From an uncultured Solirubrobacteraceae bacterium (GTDB lineage: Bacteria; Actinomycetota; Thermoleophilia; Solirubrobacterales; Solirubrobacteraceae): a stretch of 64,000 nucleotides of DNA. Below, piece by piece: positions 46,055 to 55,862 of this stretch. The notes below the pieces were generated by a model that had not been told where the DNA came from, ran no database searches, and saw only the letters and a program-made list of their open reading frames with translations. Every line of letters begins with the position of its first letter. Position 1 is the stretch's first letter. A program made the translations under genes and the position numbers. Location: positions 1,330,553-1,394,552 of the forward strand of contig OY970157.1 of the NCBI GenBank assembly GCA_963706235.1, given 5' to 3'.

Positions 46055-47146
46055 ATGGCGCACGCAGCAGCCCGGCAGCCCGTCGATCCGCTCGACGAAG
46101 ACGCCGCCCCGGTTGAGACCGACGGCGAAGACAAGGTTCATCGCTTGCTCGTGCGCGAACTGGGCGAGGAGGTGGGCGAGGCGTTCATGCGCGCCCGCGC
46201 GGTACAGGAGCGTTGGGCGCGCCAGCGCCATCCCCAGGAGGGCCTGCGCGAGCGCAAGAAGCGCCTCACGCGTCAGCAGATCTCAGACGTGGCCACAACG
46301 CTGTTCGTCGTGCGCGGCTTCGACCACGTCACGGTCTCTGAGATCGCGGAGATCGTGGGCGTCTCGGAGAAGACGGTCTACAACTACTTCCCTACCAAGG
46401 AGTCGCTCGTCTTTGACCGCGCAGAGGAGGGCATCGAGCGAATGGTCGCTGCGCTCCAAGAACGGGAGCCGGGCGAGTCGCCGACCCGCGCGCTGCTGCG
46501 AGCGTTCAGCGAGGACACGGACGAGTTTGAAGAGCTACCGGAGGAGATGCACCGCTTCACACCTCTGTTCATGGAGATGGTGGCCTCGACGCCATCCCTG
46601 CGCGCAGCCTGGCTGGACCTGCAGCGACACCTCGTGGAGGTCGCCAACGAGGAGCTCGCAGCACGCGCGGAGCTCGATCCGCGCGATCCCGAGCCGATGA
46701 TCGCCGCGCGCGCGATCGTGGGGCTGCAGGAGGTCGCCTTCGCCTCACGCATCCGTCACGTCGAAGCCGGCCTGCGCGCGAGCCAGCTGCGCGCGGCGGT
46801 CATGTCCGACCTCGAACGCGCAGCCAGGCTGCTGGATACAGGGCTGTGGTCGTTCAGCCTGCTCACGCACGGCGCACGCAGCCGCCAGCAGCAGCGCGAT
46901 GCCGTGAAGGCCGCTGAAGACGCGCGCGGACAGGTGATGGACACGCTCAAGCAGGCTCGCGCCGCCTGGCGGGAGATCCGCCGGCACGAGCACCAGGCGG
47001 TCAAGCGGGCATTGAAGGACTCGCTACGCGACGTGCAGGCGAGCGCCGAGCGGGCGGCTTACGAGGCGTTTCGTCAGGCGCTCAGCGAGCGCCAGGCGGC
47101 CATGCGTGAACGTCGCCAGACGCAGCGCGCACAGCGCAAGCCCTGA
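46055..47146 (+). CDS. TetR-family regulator with long N- and C-terminal extensions, divergent from the ABC exporter
   Basis: ATG at 46055; the HTH reads ISDVATTLFVVRGFDHVTVSEIAEIVGVSEKTVYNYFPTKESL. At 363 aa it is far longer than a typical TetR protein. Confidence 0.8.
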   Translation: MAHAAARQPVDPLDEDAAPVETDGEDKVHRLLVRELGEEVGEAFMRARAVQERWARQRHPQEGLRERKKRLTRQQISDVATTLFVVRGFDHVTVSEIAEIVGVSEKTVYNYFPTKESLVFDRAEEGIERMVAALQEREPGESPTRALLRAFSEDTDEFEELPEEMHRFTPLFMEMVASTPSLRAAWLDLQRHLVEVANEELAARAELDPRDPEPMIAARAIVGLQEVAFASRIRHVEAGLRASQLRAAVMSDLERAARLLDTGLWSFSLLTHGARSRQQQRDAVKAAEDARGQVMDTLKQARAAWREIRRHEHQAVKRALKDSLRDVQASAERAAYEAFRQALSERQAAMRERRQTQRAQRKP

Positions 47147-47189
47147 CCGAGCGGCGCCTCACTCGCAGCTTGCGTCCTCACCGCACCGG

Positions 47190-47804
47190 CTAGAGCGCGC
47201 GGCGCCCCGCGAAGGCCTTGCCGAGCGTCACCTCGTCGGCGTACTCGAGATCGGAACCAACCGGCAGGCCGCTCGCCAGACGCGTGACCGTGACCTCCGG
47301 CGCGCGGCCGCGCAGCTCCTCAGCGATGTACAGCGCCGTCGCTTCCCCAGTTGTCGTCGGGTTCGTCGCGAGCACCACTTCGCTCACGCCCGCCTCCGAT
47401 GAGACCACGCGCGTGAACAGCTCCGCGAGCTTGAGATCCTCCGCGTCAACCCCGTCGATCGGCGAGAGCGCGCCGCCGAGAACGTGGTAGACGCCGTGGT
47501 ACTCGTGCGTGCGCTCCATCGGAATCACGTCGCTTGACTCCTCAACGACACAGATCAGGCTGTGGTCGCGGCGCTGGTCCTGACAGATCCCGCAGCGCAT
47601 CTCGTCCGTGAGGTTGAAGCACACCTCACACAGGCGGATCTTCTGCTTCACCTCCACGATCGCGTCGGCAAGCGCTGTCGCGTCCGCTCCGGAAGCACGC
47701 AGGATGTGAAACGCCAGGCGCTGCGCCGTGCGCGAGCCCACGCCCGGGAGCTTCGAGAGCTCTGTCACCAGCCGCTGAACCGGCGGCGCGTAGGACGTGC
47801 TCAC
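47190..47804 (-). CDS. recR: Recombination protein RecR
   Basis: LVTELSKLPGVGSRTAQRLAFHIL, the Cys4 zinc finger CEVCFNLTDEMRCGIC and a Toprim region are present. The start is placed at GTG 47802-47804, 7 nt after the ybaB stop. Confidence 0.9.
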   Translation of the reverse strand: MSTSYAPPVQRLVTELSKLPGVGSRTAQRLAFHILRASGADATALADAIVEVKQKIRLCEVCFNLTDEMRCGICQDQRRDHSLICVVEESSDVIPMERTHEYHGVYHVLGGALSPIDGVDAEDLKLAELFTRVVSSEAGVSEVVLATNPTTTGEATALYIAEELRGRAPEVTVTRLASGLPVGSDLEYADEVTLGKAFAGRRAL

Positions 47805-47811
47805 AGCAGGC

Positions 47812-48162
47812 TCACAGGCCCGGGAGGCCCAGGCCGCCCAGGCCTCCCAGGTCAAGGCCGGCTGTCGCGCCACCGAGCTTGCTCTCCGCCAGCTGCTGAG
47901 CCATGCGCAGGCCCTCGTTGACAGCAGCCAGCACCATGTCGGCGAGGATCTCTACGTCCTCGGGATCCACGGCCGAGGGGTCGATCTTGACCTCCCGAAC
48001 CTCCAGGTCGCCGCTCACCTTCACCGTCACCATGCCTCCACCGGCGGAGGCCTCCACGACCTCGCTCTTCAGCTCCTCTTGCGCCAGCTCCATGTCCTTC
48101 TGCATCTTCTGGACCTGCTGCATCATCTGCTGCATGTTCGGCATCCGCGGCTGCTTTCCCAT
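47812..48162 (-). CDS. ybaB: YbaB/EbfC-family nucleoid-associated protein
   Basis: MGKQPRMPNMQQMMQQVQKMQKDMELAQEELKSEVVEASAGGGMVTVKVSGDLEV is present. Its ATG overlaps the dnaX TGA by 1 nt. Confidence 0.9.
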   Translation of the reverse strand: MGKQPRMPNMQQMMQQVQKMQKDMELAQEELKSEVVEASAGGGMVTVKVSGDLEVREVKIDPSAVDPEDVEILADMVLAAVNEGLRMAQQLAESKLGGATAGLDLGGLGGLGLPGL

Positions 48163-50003
48163 CAGGCGCCTTTCTCGTTGCTGATCACAGGTTGCGCGCC
48201 ACGCTCGTCTGCGCGAGCGTCCTGCGCGTCCACGGGCTCCCCATCCTCGGTGAGCTCCTCCGCGTCGAATTCGCGCATGAAGCGCGCGACCCACTCCTCC
48301 TCCGAACGCTGCTGGGGCTCGCCGGCGTCCGCGGGCGCCACCTCGTCGCGCAGCTCATAGGACAGACGCCAGCGCCCGCCGGCAATCGCCTGCAACGCCT
48401 TGCCGACGATCGCTCGATCGTCTGGCTTCTCCGCCTGCTTCTTCAAGAACGACGAGGTGAACGCCAGCGTCAACTGATCGCCCTCGACACCCACCGGCAA
48501 CGAGGACTCAATCGCTGCGCCGAGGCGGGCGTTCTCGCCGCGCACCAGCTCCACGACCGCCGGCCAGATCGCGCAGAAGGAGTCCAGGTCGCGCACTTCG
48601 ACCGTTGGGAGGACTGCAGCGGGTGCAGCAGCCTCCTGCACCGTGGGCGCCTGAACCGCCTCCGGCGGGCTGGGCTCCGGCACGCCAGGTGTGGGCGGCG
48701 CGGGCGGAACCGGATCCGGCACGGGGCCAGGCGAATTGGGCTCTGGGCCACCGGGAGGAGAAGGCTCTGGTGTCGGGGGCGGGATCGGCGCGGGAACGCC
48801 TGGCGGAGTAGGACCCGCTGAGGCCTCCAGGCGCTCGATCCGCGCGAGCAGTGCTCGCACCGAGGCATCTACCGCCGGCCTGGCCGCCTTCACCAGCGCC
48901 AGCTCCAGGCGGGTGCGCGCATCGGCGCCCGCACGCACGCCCTCCATCGCCTCTCCGAGTAGCTCCAGCAAGCGCACTACGGTCGCGTGCTCTACGCGCT
49001 CGGCCTGAGCCAGCAGCGCGGCGTCGGCCTCGGGGGTCAGCGAGAGCTCCTCCGGTAGCTCGCCGAGCGTCTGCACAACCAACAGCTCTCGCGCGCGGAC
49101 CTCGAGGTCCGACGCGAACGATCCGGCGTCGCGGCCCTGCTGGGCGCACTCCTCGAGCGCGCGCAAAGCGCCGGCGGCGTCGCCGCCCGACACCGCATCG
49201 ACCGTACGTTCCAGCAGGCGTGCATCGGCGACACCGAGCACCGCGAGCACGTCCTCCAGGGCGATCTGTCGGCCGCTGTAGGTGACGATCTGCTCGAGCG
49301 TGCCAAGCGCATCGCGGAAGCTGCCCGTCGCCGAGCGCGCCAGCGCGGCAATCGCGCCGGGGGGGATCTCGATCGACTCTGCCTCAGCCGTACGGCGCAC
49401 CACGCTCGCGATCTGCTCCACGGTGGGACGGTGGAAGTCGAAACGGTGGCAGCGGTCGACCACCGTCGCCGGCACCTTGTTCGCCTCCGTCGTTGCGAGC
49501 ACGAACACAGTGTTCGGCGGCGGCTCCTCGAGCGTCTTTAGAAACGCGTTCCACGCAGCCGTAGAAAGCATGTGTGCCTCATCGAGGATGTACACCTTGC
49601 GCCTGCCGCTCACCGGCGCATAAGCAACGCTCTCGCGAAGCTCACGGATGTCGTCCACGGAGTTGTTGGACGCGGCGTCCATCTCGATCACGTCGAGTGA
49701 CGTGGCACGAGCGATCGACACGCACGAGTCACATATCCCGCATGGCTCGATCGTCGGGCCGTGCTCGCAGTTCAGGCACGCGGCGAGGATCTTCGCCATC
49801 GAAGTCTTGCCGGTCCCGCGCGAGCCCACGAACAGATACGCGTGGTGCACCTTGCCGCCCTGCACGGCGTTGCGCAGAGTTCTCACAACCGGCTCCTGGC
49901 CGACCACCTCCGCGAACGTACGCGGCCGGTGCCTGCGATACAGCGAGCGCTGCTGATCCTGTGGCTGCTGTGCGTCTGACACCGTTCGCCTGAGTCTACC
50001 CAC
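48162..50003 (-). CDS. dnaX: DNA polymerase III subunit gamma/tau
   Basis: LYRRHRPRTFAEVVGQEPVV...HAYLFVGSRGTGKTSMAKILA, the zinc module CEHGPTIEPCGICDSC, a DEAH box and a Pro-rich linker are present. Confidence 0.95.
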   Translation of the reverse strand: MGRLRRTVSDAQQPQDQQRSLYRRHRPRTFAEVVGQEPVVRTLRNAVQGGKVHHAYLFVGSRGTGKTSMAKILAACLNCEHGPTIEPCGICDSCVSIARATSLDVIEMDAASNNSVDDIRELRESVAYAPVSGRRKVYILDEAHMLSTAAWNAFLKTLEEPPPNTVFVLATTEANKVPATVVDRCHRFDFHRPTVEQIASVVRRTAEAESIEIPPGAIAALARSATGSFRDALGTLEQIVTYSGRQIALEDVLAVLGVADARLLERTVDAVSGGDAAGALRALEECAQQGRDAGSFASDLEVRARELLVVQTLGELPEELSLTPEADAALLAQAERVEHATVVRLLELLGEAMEGVRAGADARTRLELALVKAARPAVDASVRALLARIERLEASAGPTPPGVPAPIPPPTPEPSPPGGPEPNSPGPVPDPVPPAPPTPGVPEPSPPEAVQAPTVQEAAAPAAVLPTVEVRDLDSFCAIWPAVVELVRGENARLGAAIESSLPVGVEGDQLTLAFTSSFLKKQAEKPDDRAIVGKALQAIAGGRWRLSYELRDEVAPADAGEPQQRSEEEWVARFMREFDAEELTEDGEPVDAQDARADERGAQPVISNEKGA

Positions 50004-50050
50004 GCGCGAGCGTGCTCTGCTGGGGTCGCGAGCGGGTAGCGTCCGCCCTC

Positions 50051-51541
50051 ATGAGCCCCTCCGTCAAGCGCCTGGCGACGCGCTCGCGCGCGCCGCTCGC
50101 GATTGGACTGGGGGCGATCGTGCTGCGCCTGATCGCGGCGGTGGGGTTCGCCAACTACGACACCCTGTATGCGCTCGCCTGGGGCGGACAGCTGGCTCGC
50201 GGTCAGACGCCTGCATACGGCGTGCCAATTGCCCCCACGCCGCACCCACTCGTTGAGCTGCTCGGGCTGGTGCTCTCTCCACTGGGCCCGCGCGGCGTCG
50301 AGGATGTGACGGTCGGGCTCGGCTTTCTGGCGCTTTCGTCGTGCGGGTGGGTGATCTACCGGCTCGGTGCGCAGTGGTTCGGGTGGGCCGCCGGCGCGCT
50401 CGCTGCGCTGATCTTCATCACGCGCGCCGAAGTCCTGTCCTACGGCGTTCGCGCTTACGTTGACATTCCCTATCTGACACTCGTGCTCGGTGCCCTGCTC
50501 GTGGAGTCCCGCCGACGGCAATCGGCGAGGGGTTCCGCGGAGGCACCCGTGCTCGCACTGCTCGCCCTCGCCGGGCTGCTGCGGCCAGAGGCGTGGGCGT
50601 TCTCAGGCCTCTACTGGCTCTATGTGATCGGCCTCCTGCCGGCACCGATACGCGCTCGCATCGGCGGCGGCCCCTCGTGGCGGGTCCGTCCCCGAAATGA
50701 GCTCGCGCGCCTGACGCTGCTCGCCGCGGCGGCACCGCTGATCTGGGTGCTCAGCGACCTGCTGATAACCGGTGACCCACTCTGGTCGCTGACCAACACG
50801 CGGCACACGGCAGAAACGCTCAATCGCGAGACGGGCATCGCCAATGTGCCCGAGTACATCCCGCGGCGCATCGGCGAGATCCTTCGTCCTGCCGTACTTG
50901 TGGCCGCGGCCTTCGGCGGCGTGCTCTCACTGCTGTGGCTGCGTCGGCGCGCACTCCTGGGGGCGGGGGCAGGTGTGTTGGCGGTGGTGGTGTTCGCCGC
51001 TTTTGCCTCTGTCGGGCTACCGATCAACACTCGCTACGCCTTCCTGGCGGCGTCGATCCTGTGCATCTTTGCCGGCGCGGGCGTTTTCGGCTGGGTAGGC
51101 CTGAAGCGCCAGGATCCGCGGCGGCGCTGGTGGATGGGCGGCGGGACGATCGTGTTCGTGCTGATGCTCGCCTTCGTCCCGTCCAACTACCGCGAAGCCC
51201 ACCGCGAACTGGACAACCTCTCCCGCCAGCACCGGATCGAAGGAGATCTGCTCGCGCTCGTGGACGACGATGCGATCAACCTGCGCTGCGGACCGATCGG
51301 CGTGCCCAACCACGCCCCCGTGCCGCTACTGGCGCTGTACCTGGAATCCAGCCCCGCGAACATCGTCAGTCCTGAAGCTGGCCATATCACCAGAGGCGTC
51401 TATGTCGATCCCGCCAGCAAGGAAGTCGAAATGGACTACGTGCTCGATAAGCACGACCCCGTGCAGGCGGTCAGCGTGCCGCCCGGCTTCACCGAGTCGG
51501 CGACCAACCGCTCGTGGCTGATCTTCAAGCGCTGCTCTTGA
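50051..51541 (+). CDS. Polytopic membrane protein, probable GT-C fold glycosyltransferase (GT39/ArnT-like)
   Basis: It has more than 10 TM helices. The first loop resembles PMT_2/ArnT-type proteins (FANYDTLYALAWGGQLARG). The family call is tentative. The start is placed at ATG 50051. Confidence 0.55.
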   Translation: MSPSVKRLATRSRAPLAIGLGAIVLRLIAAVGFANYDTLYALAWGGQLARGQTPAYGVPIAPTPHPLVELLGLVLSPLGPRGVEDVTVGLGFLALSSCGWVIYRLGAQWFGWAAGALAALIFITRAEVLSYGVRAYVDIPYLTLVLGALLVESRRRQSARGSAEAPVLALLALAGLLRPEAWAFSGLYWLYVIGLLPAPIRARIGGGPSWRVRPRNELARLTLLAAAAPLIWVLSDLLITGDPLWSLTNTRHTAETLNRETGIANVPEYIPRRIGEILRPAVLVAAAFGGVLSLLWLRRRALLGAGAGVLAVVVFAAFASVGLPINTRYAFLAASILCIFAGAGVFGWVGLKRQDPRRRWWMGGGTIVFVLMLAFVPSNYREAHRELDNLSRQHRIEGDLLALVDDDAINLRCGPIGVPNHAPVPLLALYLESSPANIVSPEAGHITRGVYVDPASKEVEMDYVLDKHDPVQAVSVPPGFTESATNRSWLIFKRCS

Positions 51542-51602
51542 TGGACCGTGCACCCCGCGTCGAGATCCCCTGCACCCGGCGCCAATCGTCGCCCACGACT
51601 CC

Positions 51603-51701
51603 GGTCCGGGAGCTCCCGCTGCGCCTGCCGGTGATCGCTTAAGGCTGCTTCCTTCCGGACCTGACCTGGTTCGCAAGCCGACACCGCGCGGGACCCGAAC
51701 C
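51603..51701 (-). ncRNA. ffs: Signal recognition particle RNA (small, 4.5S type)
   Basis: The rc contains the invariant domain IV core AACCAGGUCAGGUCCGGAAGGAAGCAGCC. Flanks pair into the expected long hairpin: GGUUCGGG/CCCGGACC, UCCCGC/GCGGGA and UGUCGG/CCGGCA. Ends are approximate to about 5 nt. Confidence 0.85.
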
Positions 51702-51909
51702 ATCGACGCCCCGAGCGACGGAGCGACCGGAGCCGGAGTCCCTTGGAAGGGAATTCAGCCCCGCTAGAGCGGATTGCAGGTACAGGGCACCGCTACCTCC
51801 CCGCCTAGCACGGTCCGCGAGCGATCGTAGCGCAGGTAGGCGTGCCCCACACGCACGGACATGTGCATCTGCGCCACGACTCGGTCGAGTTCCGATAGGC
51901 TGCCCCGCC

Positions 51910-52515
51910 GTGACCTACTTCAAGACGCTCTCCTCCCCAATTCGTTCTCGCGCAGGACTCGCCGGCGCGGCGCTCCTCGCTGCGATCGCGATCGCAGGCT
52001 GCGGCTCCAGCGGCGGCTCGAGCACGATTACTGTCGGCAACGAGAACAGCGCCGATAACGCGCTGATCAAGTCCACGGAAACGACGAGCAAGACAAGCAC
52101 CTCCAGCACCTCCACGACAGCCGCGAAGACACCCACCAGCGGGCCGCTGTCCAAAGAACCGAAGGTCACACCGCCGAGCGGACCGGCTCCGACCAAACTG
52201 GAAACCAAAGAACTGATCGCGGGCACAGGCGCCGAAGCGAAGGCCGGCGACACCGTCACGGTCAACTACGTCGGCGTCCTCTACAAGACGGGCAAAGAGT
52301 TCAACGCGTCCTGGGAAACCAAAGAACCGTTCTCGTTCGCCCTCGGTAAAGGCCAAGTGATAGCGGGCTGGGACCAGGGGATTCCTGGCATGAAGGTCGG
52401 GGGCAGGCGTGAGCTGATCATCCCCGCCGCGCTCGCCTATGGCACCAAAGGCTCACCGCCCAAGATCCCGGGCAACGAAGCTCTGGTGTTTGTGGTCGAC
52501 CTGCTCGGCGTGTAG
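51910..52515 (+). CDS. FKBP-type peptidyl-prolyl cis-trans isomerase lipoprotein
   Basis: The lipobox is AIAIAGCGS. The FKBP core reads VTVNYVGVLYKTGKEFNASW...FALGKGQVIAGWDQGIPGMKVGGRRELIIP..AYG. Confidence 0.9.
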   Translation: MTYFKTLSSPIRSRAGLAGAALLAAIAIAGCGSSGGSSTITVGNENSADNALIKSTETTSKTSTSSTSTTAAKTPTSGPLSKEPKVTPPSGPAPTKLETKELIAGTGAEAKAGDTVTVNYVGVLYKTGKEFNASWETKEPFSFALGKGQVIAGWDQGIPGMKVGGRRELIIPAALAYGTKGSPPKIPGNEALVFVVDLLGV

Positions 52516-52601
52516 GCGAAGCGACGGCCGCCCCGCGCAAGCCCGCATTCTCTGGCACCCGTGCCCGTGGCGCTCGCATCTGCGCAGCGCTGACGGCGCG
52601 C

Positions 52602-53264
52602 TTGCGCGAGGCCGCCGCGCTGGCGCTGATCTGCGCAATCGCGATCGGCGCGTCAGGCTGCGGATCGCACAGCCACGCAACACCCCAAGCCGAACAGCTC
52701 GAGCGCACAGACCTGGTGGACGTCTGCCAGGCGCTCAGCACGGCCGCGCCTGCCGTCAACCGCGAGGTCCTGGCCGCGAAGGCCGCCTGGCCGCTGATCG
52801 ATCATGGGCTGCCGAGCAACATCCGTACGCTCCCGCGTACGGCGATTCAGAAGGCGATCGCGCGTGCGCGCGAACTGAGGGTGCCGACGCTGTTCGAAGA
52901 AGGGGAAGCTGCATCGATCACGGGCCCGGGCTCCACCCTCGCAAGCCTGTTCCGCGGCTTCGTCACCCTCGGAGCCCGTGGATGGACGCTGATCGGCGCC
53001 GCGATCGAGGAGATCGAACACGGCTCACCATCGGCGGCACGCTTCGCCCGTGCAAACGTCGCGCTGTATATAGAGAGCGTTTACGACGCGCACTTCGAGC
53101 TCGCACAGATCGGCAAGAAGCTGCTGAAGGACTACAAGGATGAGAAGGGCCCGGAAACTTTCGGTGGATCGCTGACGCAAGCTCAGGTCGACAGCCTCGC
53201 GCAGACGTACTCCGAGCCGAGCGACCGGCTCTACCCGCACGCCGGCGTGAAGCTGGGGTCGTGA
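52602..53264 (+). CDS. Hypothetical lipoprotein
   Basis: The lipobox is AIAIGASGCGS. The body is helical with coding-like composition. No named family. Confidence 0.55.
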   Translation: MREAAALALICAIAIGASGCGSHSHATPQAEQLERTDLVDVCQALSTAAPAVNREVLAAKAAWPLIDHGLPSNIRTLPRTAIQKAIARARELRVPTLFEEGEAASITGPGSTLASLFRGFVTLGARGWTLIGAAIEEIEHGSPSAARFARANVALYIESVYDAHFELAQIGKKLLKDYKDEKGPETFGGSLTQAQVDSLAQTYSEPSDRLYPHAGVKLGS

Positions 53265-53376
53265 GGGCCGCCGCGAGCGCCAGAGCGCGCTGGCTCGATC
53301 GATCTGTGCGCAGCATCTCTTCTGCGCCGCATCCATCACGGCGCTGCTCGCGCTGCAGCTCGCGTTGGCCTGAGCG

Positions 53377-55167
53377 TCAGACGCGCGTGTGAGCGCGCTT
53401 CGCGCCGGCACGAGACACGGGGCGAAGACGCGTGGGTGCCGGCTGAGCACTGGCGAGCTCCGGCCTTCCCCCGCCGCGGTGCTTGCATCGGTACATAGCG
53501 CCATCGGCCTCGGCCACAAGCGCGTCCGCGTCCAGGCGGTCGCAGCTCGACCACGCAACACCGATGCTGACCTGTGGCGCGACCCCACCCAGAGTCAGGG
53601 CAACCGGCTCGTGCAGCACGCCCGCCAACCGTTCAGCCAGCGTCATCGCCGCATCTGGTCCCCCGACCTGCGGACACATGACAAGGAACTCGTCGCCACC
53701 GAGGCGACCGACGAGGTCCTCGGGTCCCACCGTCCGACGCAGCCGCTCACCCATCGTGCGCAGGAGCTCGTCGCCGGCAGCGTGACCGTGGCGATCGTTC
53801 AGCTCCTTGAAGCGGTCCAGGTCGACGAACATCACGGCTCGCTCCGCGCCAGCCGAGCCTTCGGAGATGTTGAGCTCTAGCGCGCGCATGAACGAGGCAC
53901 GGTTGTGACAGCCGGTGAGTTCGTCGAACGTGGCCCTTCGCTTGAGCTCGTCACGCATACGCGCGCCGTCGGTCACGTCTGCCACACATGCGATCGCCCC
54001 GCTCACCCTGCCGTCCTCATGGCTAAGCGCGCGCAGGCTGATGTTGCAGAACCGCAGCTCCCGGGTGACCGGCAGCCGCAACTGCACCTCGACGTCCGCG
54101 TGGCGACCGTGGCGCAGCACATCCTCGACGGCGCTTCTCAGCCCGGGAAGATCGGTCTCGATCACATTTGCCAGCTGCTCCTCCCAGCGTGCGACGCGCT
54201 GGATGCCGAGAATCTCGTGGAGACGGTCGTTGGTGTAGACGATCTCGCCAGCCGAGCCCACCTGGAAGAGACCGAGCGGGATCGCCTCGGCGAGGCGGTC
54301 CAAGAGCTGCTCTCGGGCTCTCAGCTCCTCGTGGGCAGCCATCTCATCGGAGATGTCCACGACCTCCGAGACGACCATCTGGTGATCAGGATCGTCGAGC
54401 AGGTTGTGGTTAGTGACCTCGAACCACACCCATGAGCCGTCACGTCGGCGATGGCGCAGCCGCACCCGCCGTCCGGGCCCAGGCGAGGCGAGCATCTCCA
54501 TCCAGTTGTCGATCGCGAGCGCGTGATCATCGCGATGGATGAACTCAATCGAGCGGTGCCCCTCCATCTCCTCGGCGCTCCAGCCGAGGATCTGCGTGGT
54601 CGCGTCGTCGATCTTGACGATGAAGCTGCGCTCGTCCTTGCAGATCGTGGCGAAGCGCGGCGGCGGCTTCGGCGCCTGGCGCACCCTGACGACCGCGTCG
54701 ATCGCCGCGTCGGCCGGCGCGAACAGGACCAGCACGATGCCGTGCGCCTCGCGCAGGTCCAAGCCATAGAAGGCAACCGTGGCTTCCGGGTCATGCGCCA
54801 ACCGCGCAAGGCAGCGCGCGGCGCCTGTCGCGAGCACACGATCCCAGGTGGCGAGCAGACTGACACGGTCCTCGTGGACGACCAGGTCCAGGCCCGAGCG
54901 CGCCTCGAGCACGCGGTTCTCGGCCAACACGATCGACTCCGGCACCGGCACACAGACCCCGTTCGCCTCCAGCGCAGCGACAGGCGCCTGCGGATAGCGA
55001 GCCACGAGCGAGTCGAGCACCGTCGCCAACGTCCCGGCGTCGAGATGCTCCCGACGCTCTGCGTCAAATGCCTCGTCCACGGAGTCGCGTTCCGCGGCCG
55101 TGCGGCCGTTGTGATGGAGGGAAGATTCAGAGTTGGCTGGCGACATGAGACCTCTGGGCACGTCCAC
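53377..55167 (-). CDS. PAS-PAS-GGDEF diguanylate cyclase
   Basis: Two PAS-like modules are present (ILGWSAEEMEGHRSIEFIHRDD..., LFQVGSAGEIVYTNDRL...). The GGDEF domain reads FDELTGCHNRASF...RLGGDEF. There is no RxxD I-site (GPED instead). Confidence 0.85.
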   Translation of the reverse strand: MDVPRGLMSPANSESSLHHNGRTAAERDSVDEAFDAERREHLDAGTLATVLDSLVARYPQAPVAALEANGVCVPVPESIVLAENRVLEARSGLDLVVHEDRVSLLATWDRVLATGAARCLARLAHDPEATVAFYGLDLREAHGIVLVLFAPADAAIDAVVRVRQAPKPPPRFATICKDERSFIVKIDDATTQILGWSAEEMEGHRSIEFIHRDDHALAIDNWMEMLASPGPGRRVRLRHRRRDGSWVWFEVTNHNLLDDPDHQMVVSEVVDISDEMAAHEELRAREQLLDRLAEAIPLGLFQVGSAGEIVYTNDRLHEILGIQRVARWEEQLANVIETDLPGLRSAVEDVLRHGRHADVEVQLRLPVTRELRFCNISLRALSHEDGRVSGAIACVADVTDGARMRDELKRRATFDELTGCHNRASFMRALELNISEGSAGAERAVMFVDLDRFKELNDRHGHAAGDELLRTMGERLRRTVGPEDLVGRLGGDEFLVMCPQVGGPDAAMTLAERLAGVLHEPVALTLGGVAPQVSIGVAWSSCDRLDADALVAEADGAMYRCKHRGGGRPELASAQPAPTRLRPVSRAGAKRAHTRV

Positions 55168-55471
55168 ACGACGCTCGCGGAGCGGTCGATTTGGCTGGCC
55201 GAGATGTCATCGGCCGGCCTCCCACCAAGATGAGTGGGCAGCTGGATAGTGGACATCTTGTGGCCTTCACGCTTGGCATCTATAGCCAAACCGGTTTTGA
55301 TCCGCGGTCGACTGCGCGACCCGTCCGAACGCTGCGCGTCGCCTACGACCCGTGTCCGCCACCCGTCCCCGCCATATCGCGCTCTGTCAGCGGTCCGACA
55401 CCGCACCATCCCACGCCCCACCAGGTCCGATAGGCGCCGCGGCGTCTCAGCCCAATAGAATCACCCGTCCA

Positions 55472-55543
55472 GGGCGCGTAGCTCAGTGGGAGAGCGCTCG
55501 CTTCACACGCGAGAGGTCGCAGGTTCGAAACCCGCCGCGCCCA
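55472..55543 (+). tRNA. tRNA-Val (anticodon CAC)
   Basis: GGGCGCG-UA-GCUC-AGUGGGA-GAGC-G-CUCGC-UUCACAC-GCGAG-AGGUC-GCAGG-UUCGAAA-CCCGC-CGCGCCC-A is a full cloverleaf with one A:C mismatch in the T stem. No CCA is encoded. Confidence 0.9.
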
Positions 55544-55862
55544 TTGGTTCTGGAGTGTGAAAGACCTCTGGTCGTTCCGGGCCTCCGTCCCCACCACGCA
55601 TGGCGATGGCCTACCGGCTGCTGAGAACTGGGTGCGCTCCCAGGCCCCTGGAGCCTCTGGCGCCGATCGAGCCCCTGACCCAGCATGGTGGGACTAATGC
55701 TCCTAGGCAGCAACCGGGCACCAAGACCAGGGCATACACCGGCGCGACGCGCCGTGCGAGGTCCAACCATGGCGAGACTCCAGAGTGCCGAGCAGCGGCA
55801 TCCACGGCCGCCATCGCCCGAGGTGCGAGCGTGTCGGGCGCAACCAAATTACGGAGGCCAGC

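Noticed and set aside
48162-50003. A programmed ribosomal frameshift site in dnaX (gamma versus tau).
   Set aside because: No A-rich slippery heptamer (A AAA AAG type; it would appear as a T/C-run on the plus strand) is visible in the gene.
55456-55461. TAGAAT, a -10-like hexamer 10 nt upstream of tRNA-Val.
   Set aside because: No acceptable -35 element lies at the right spacing, and a single hexamer is weak evidence. It is not listed as a feature.
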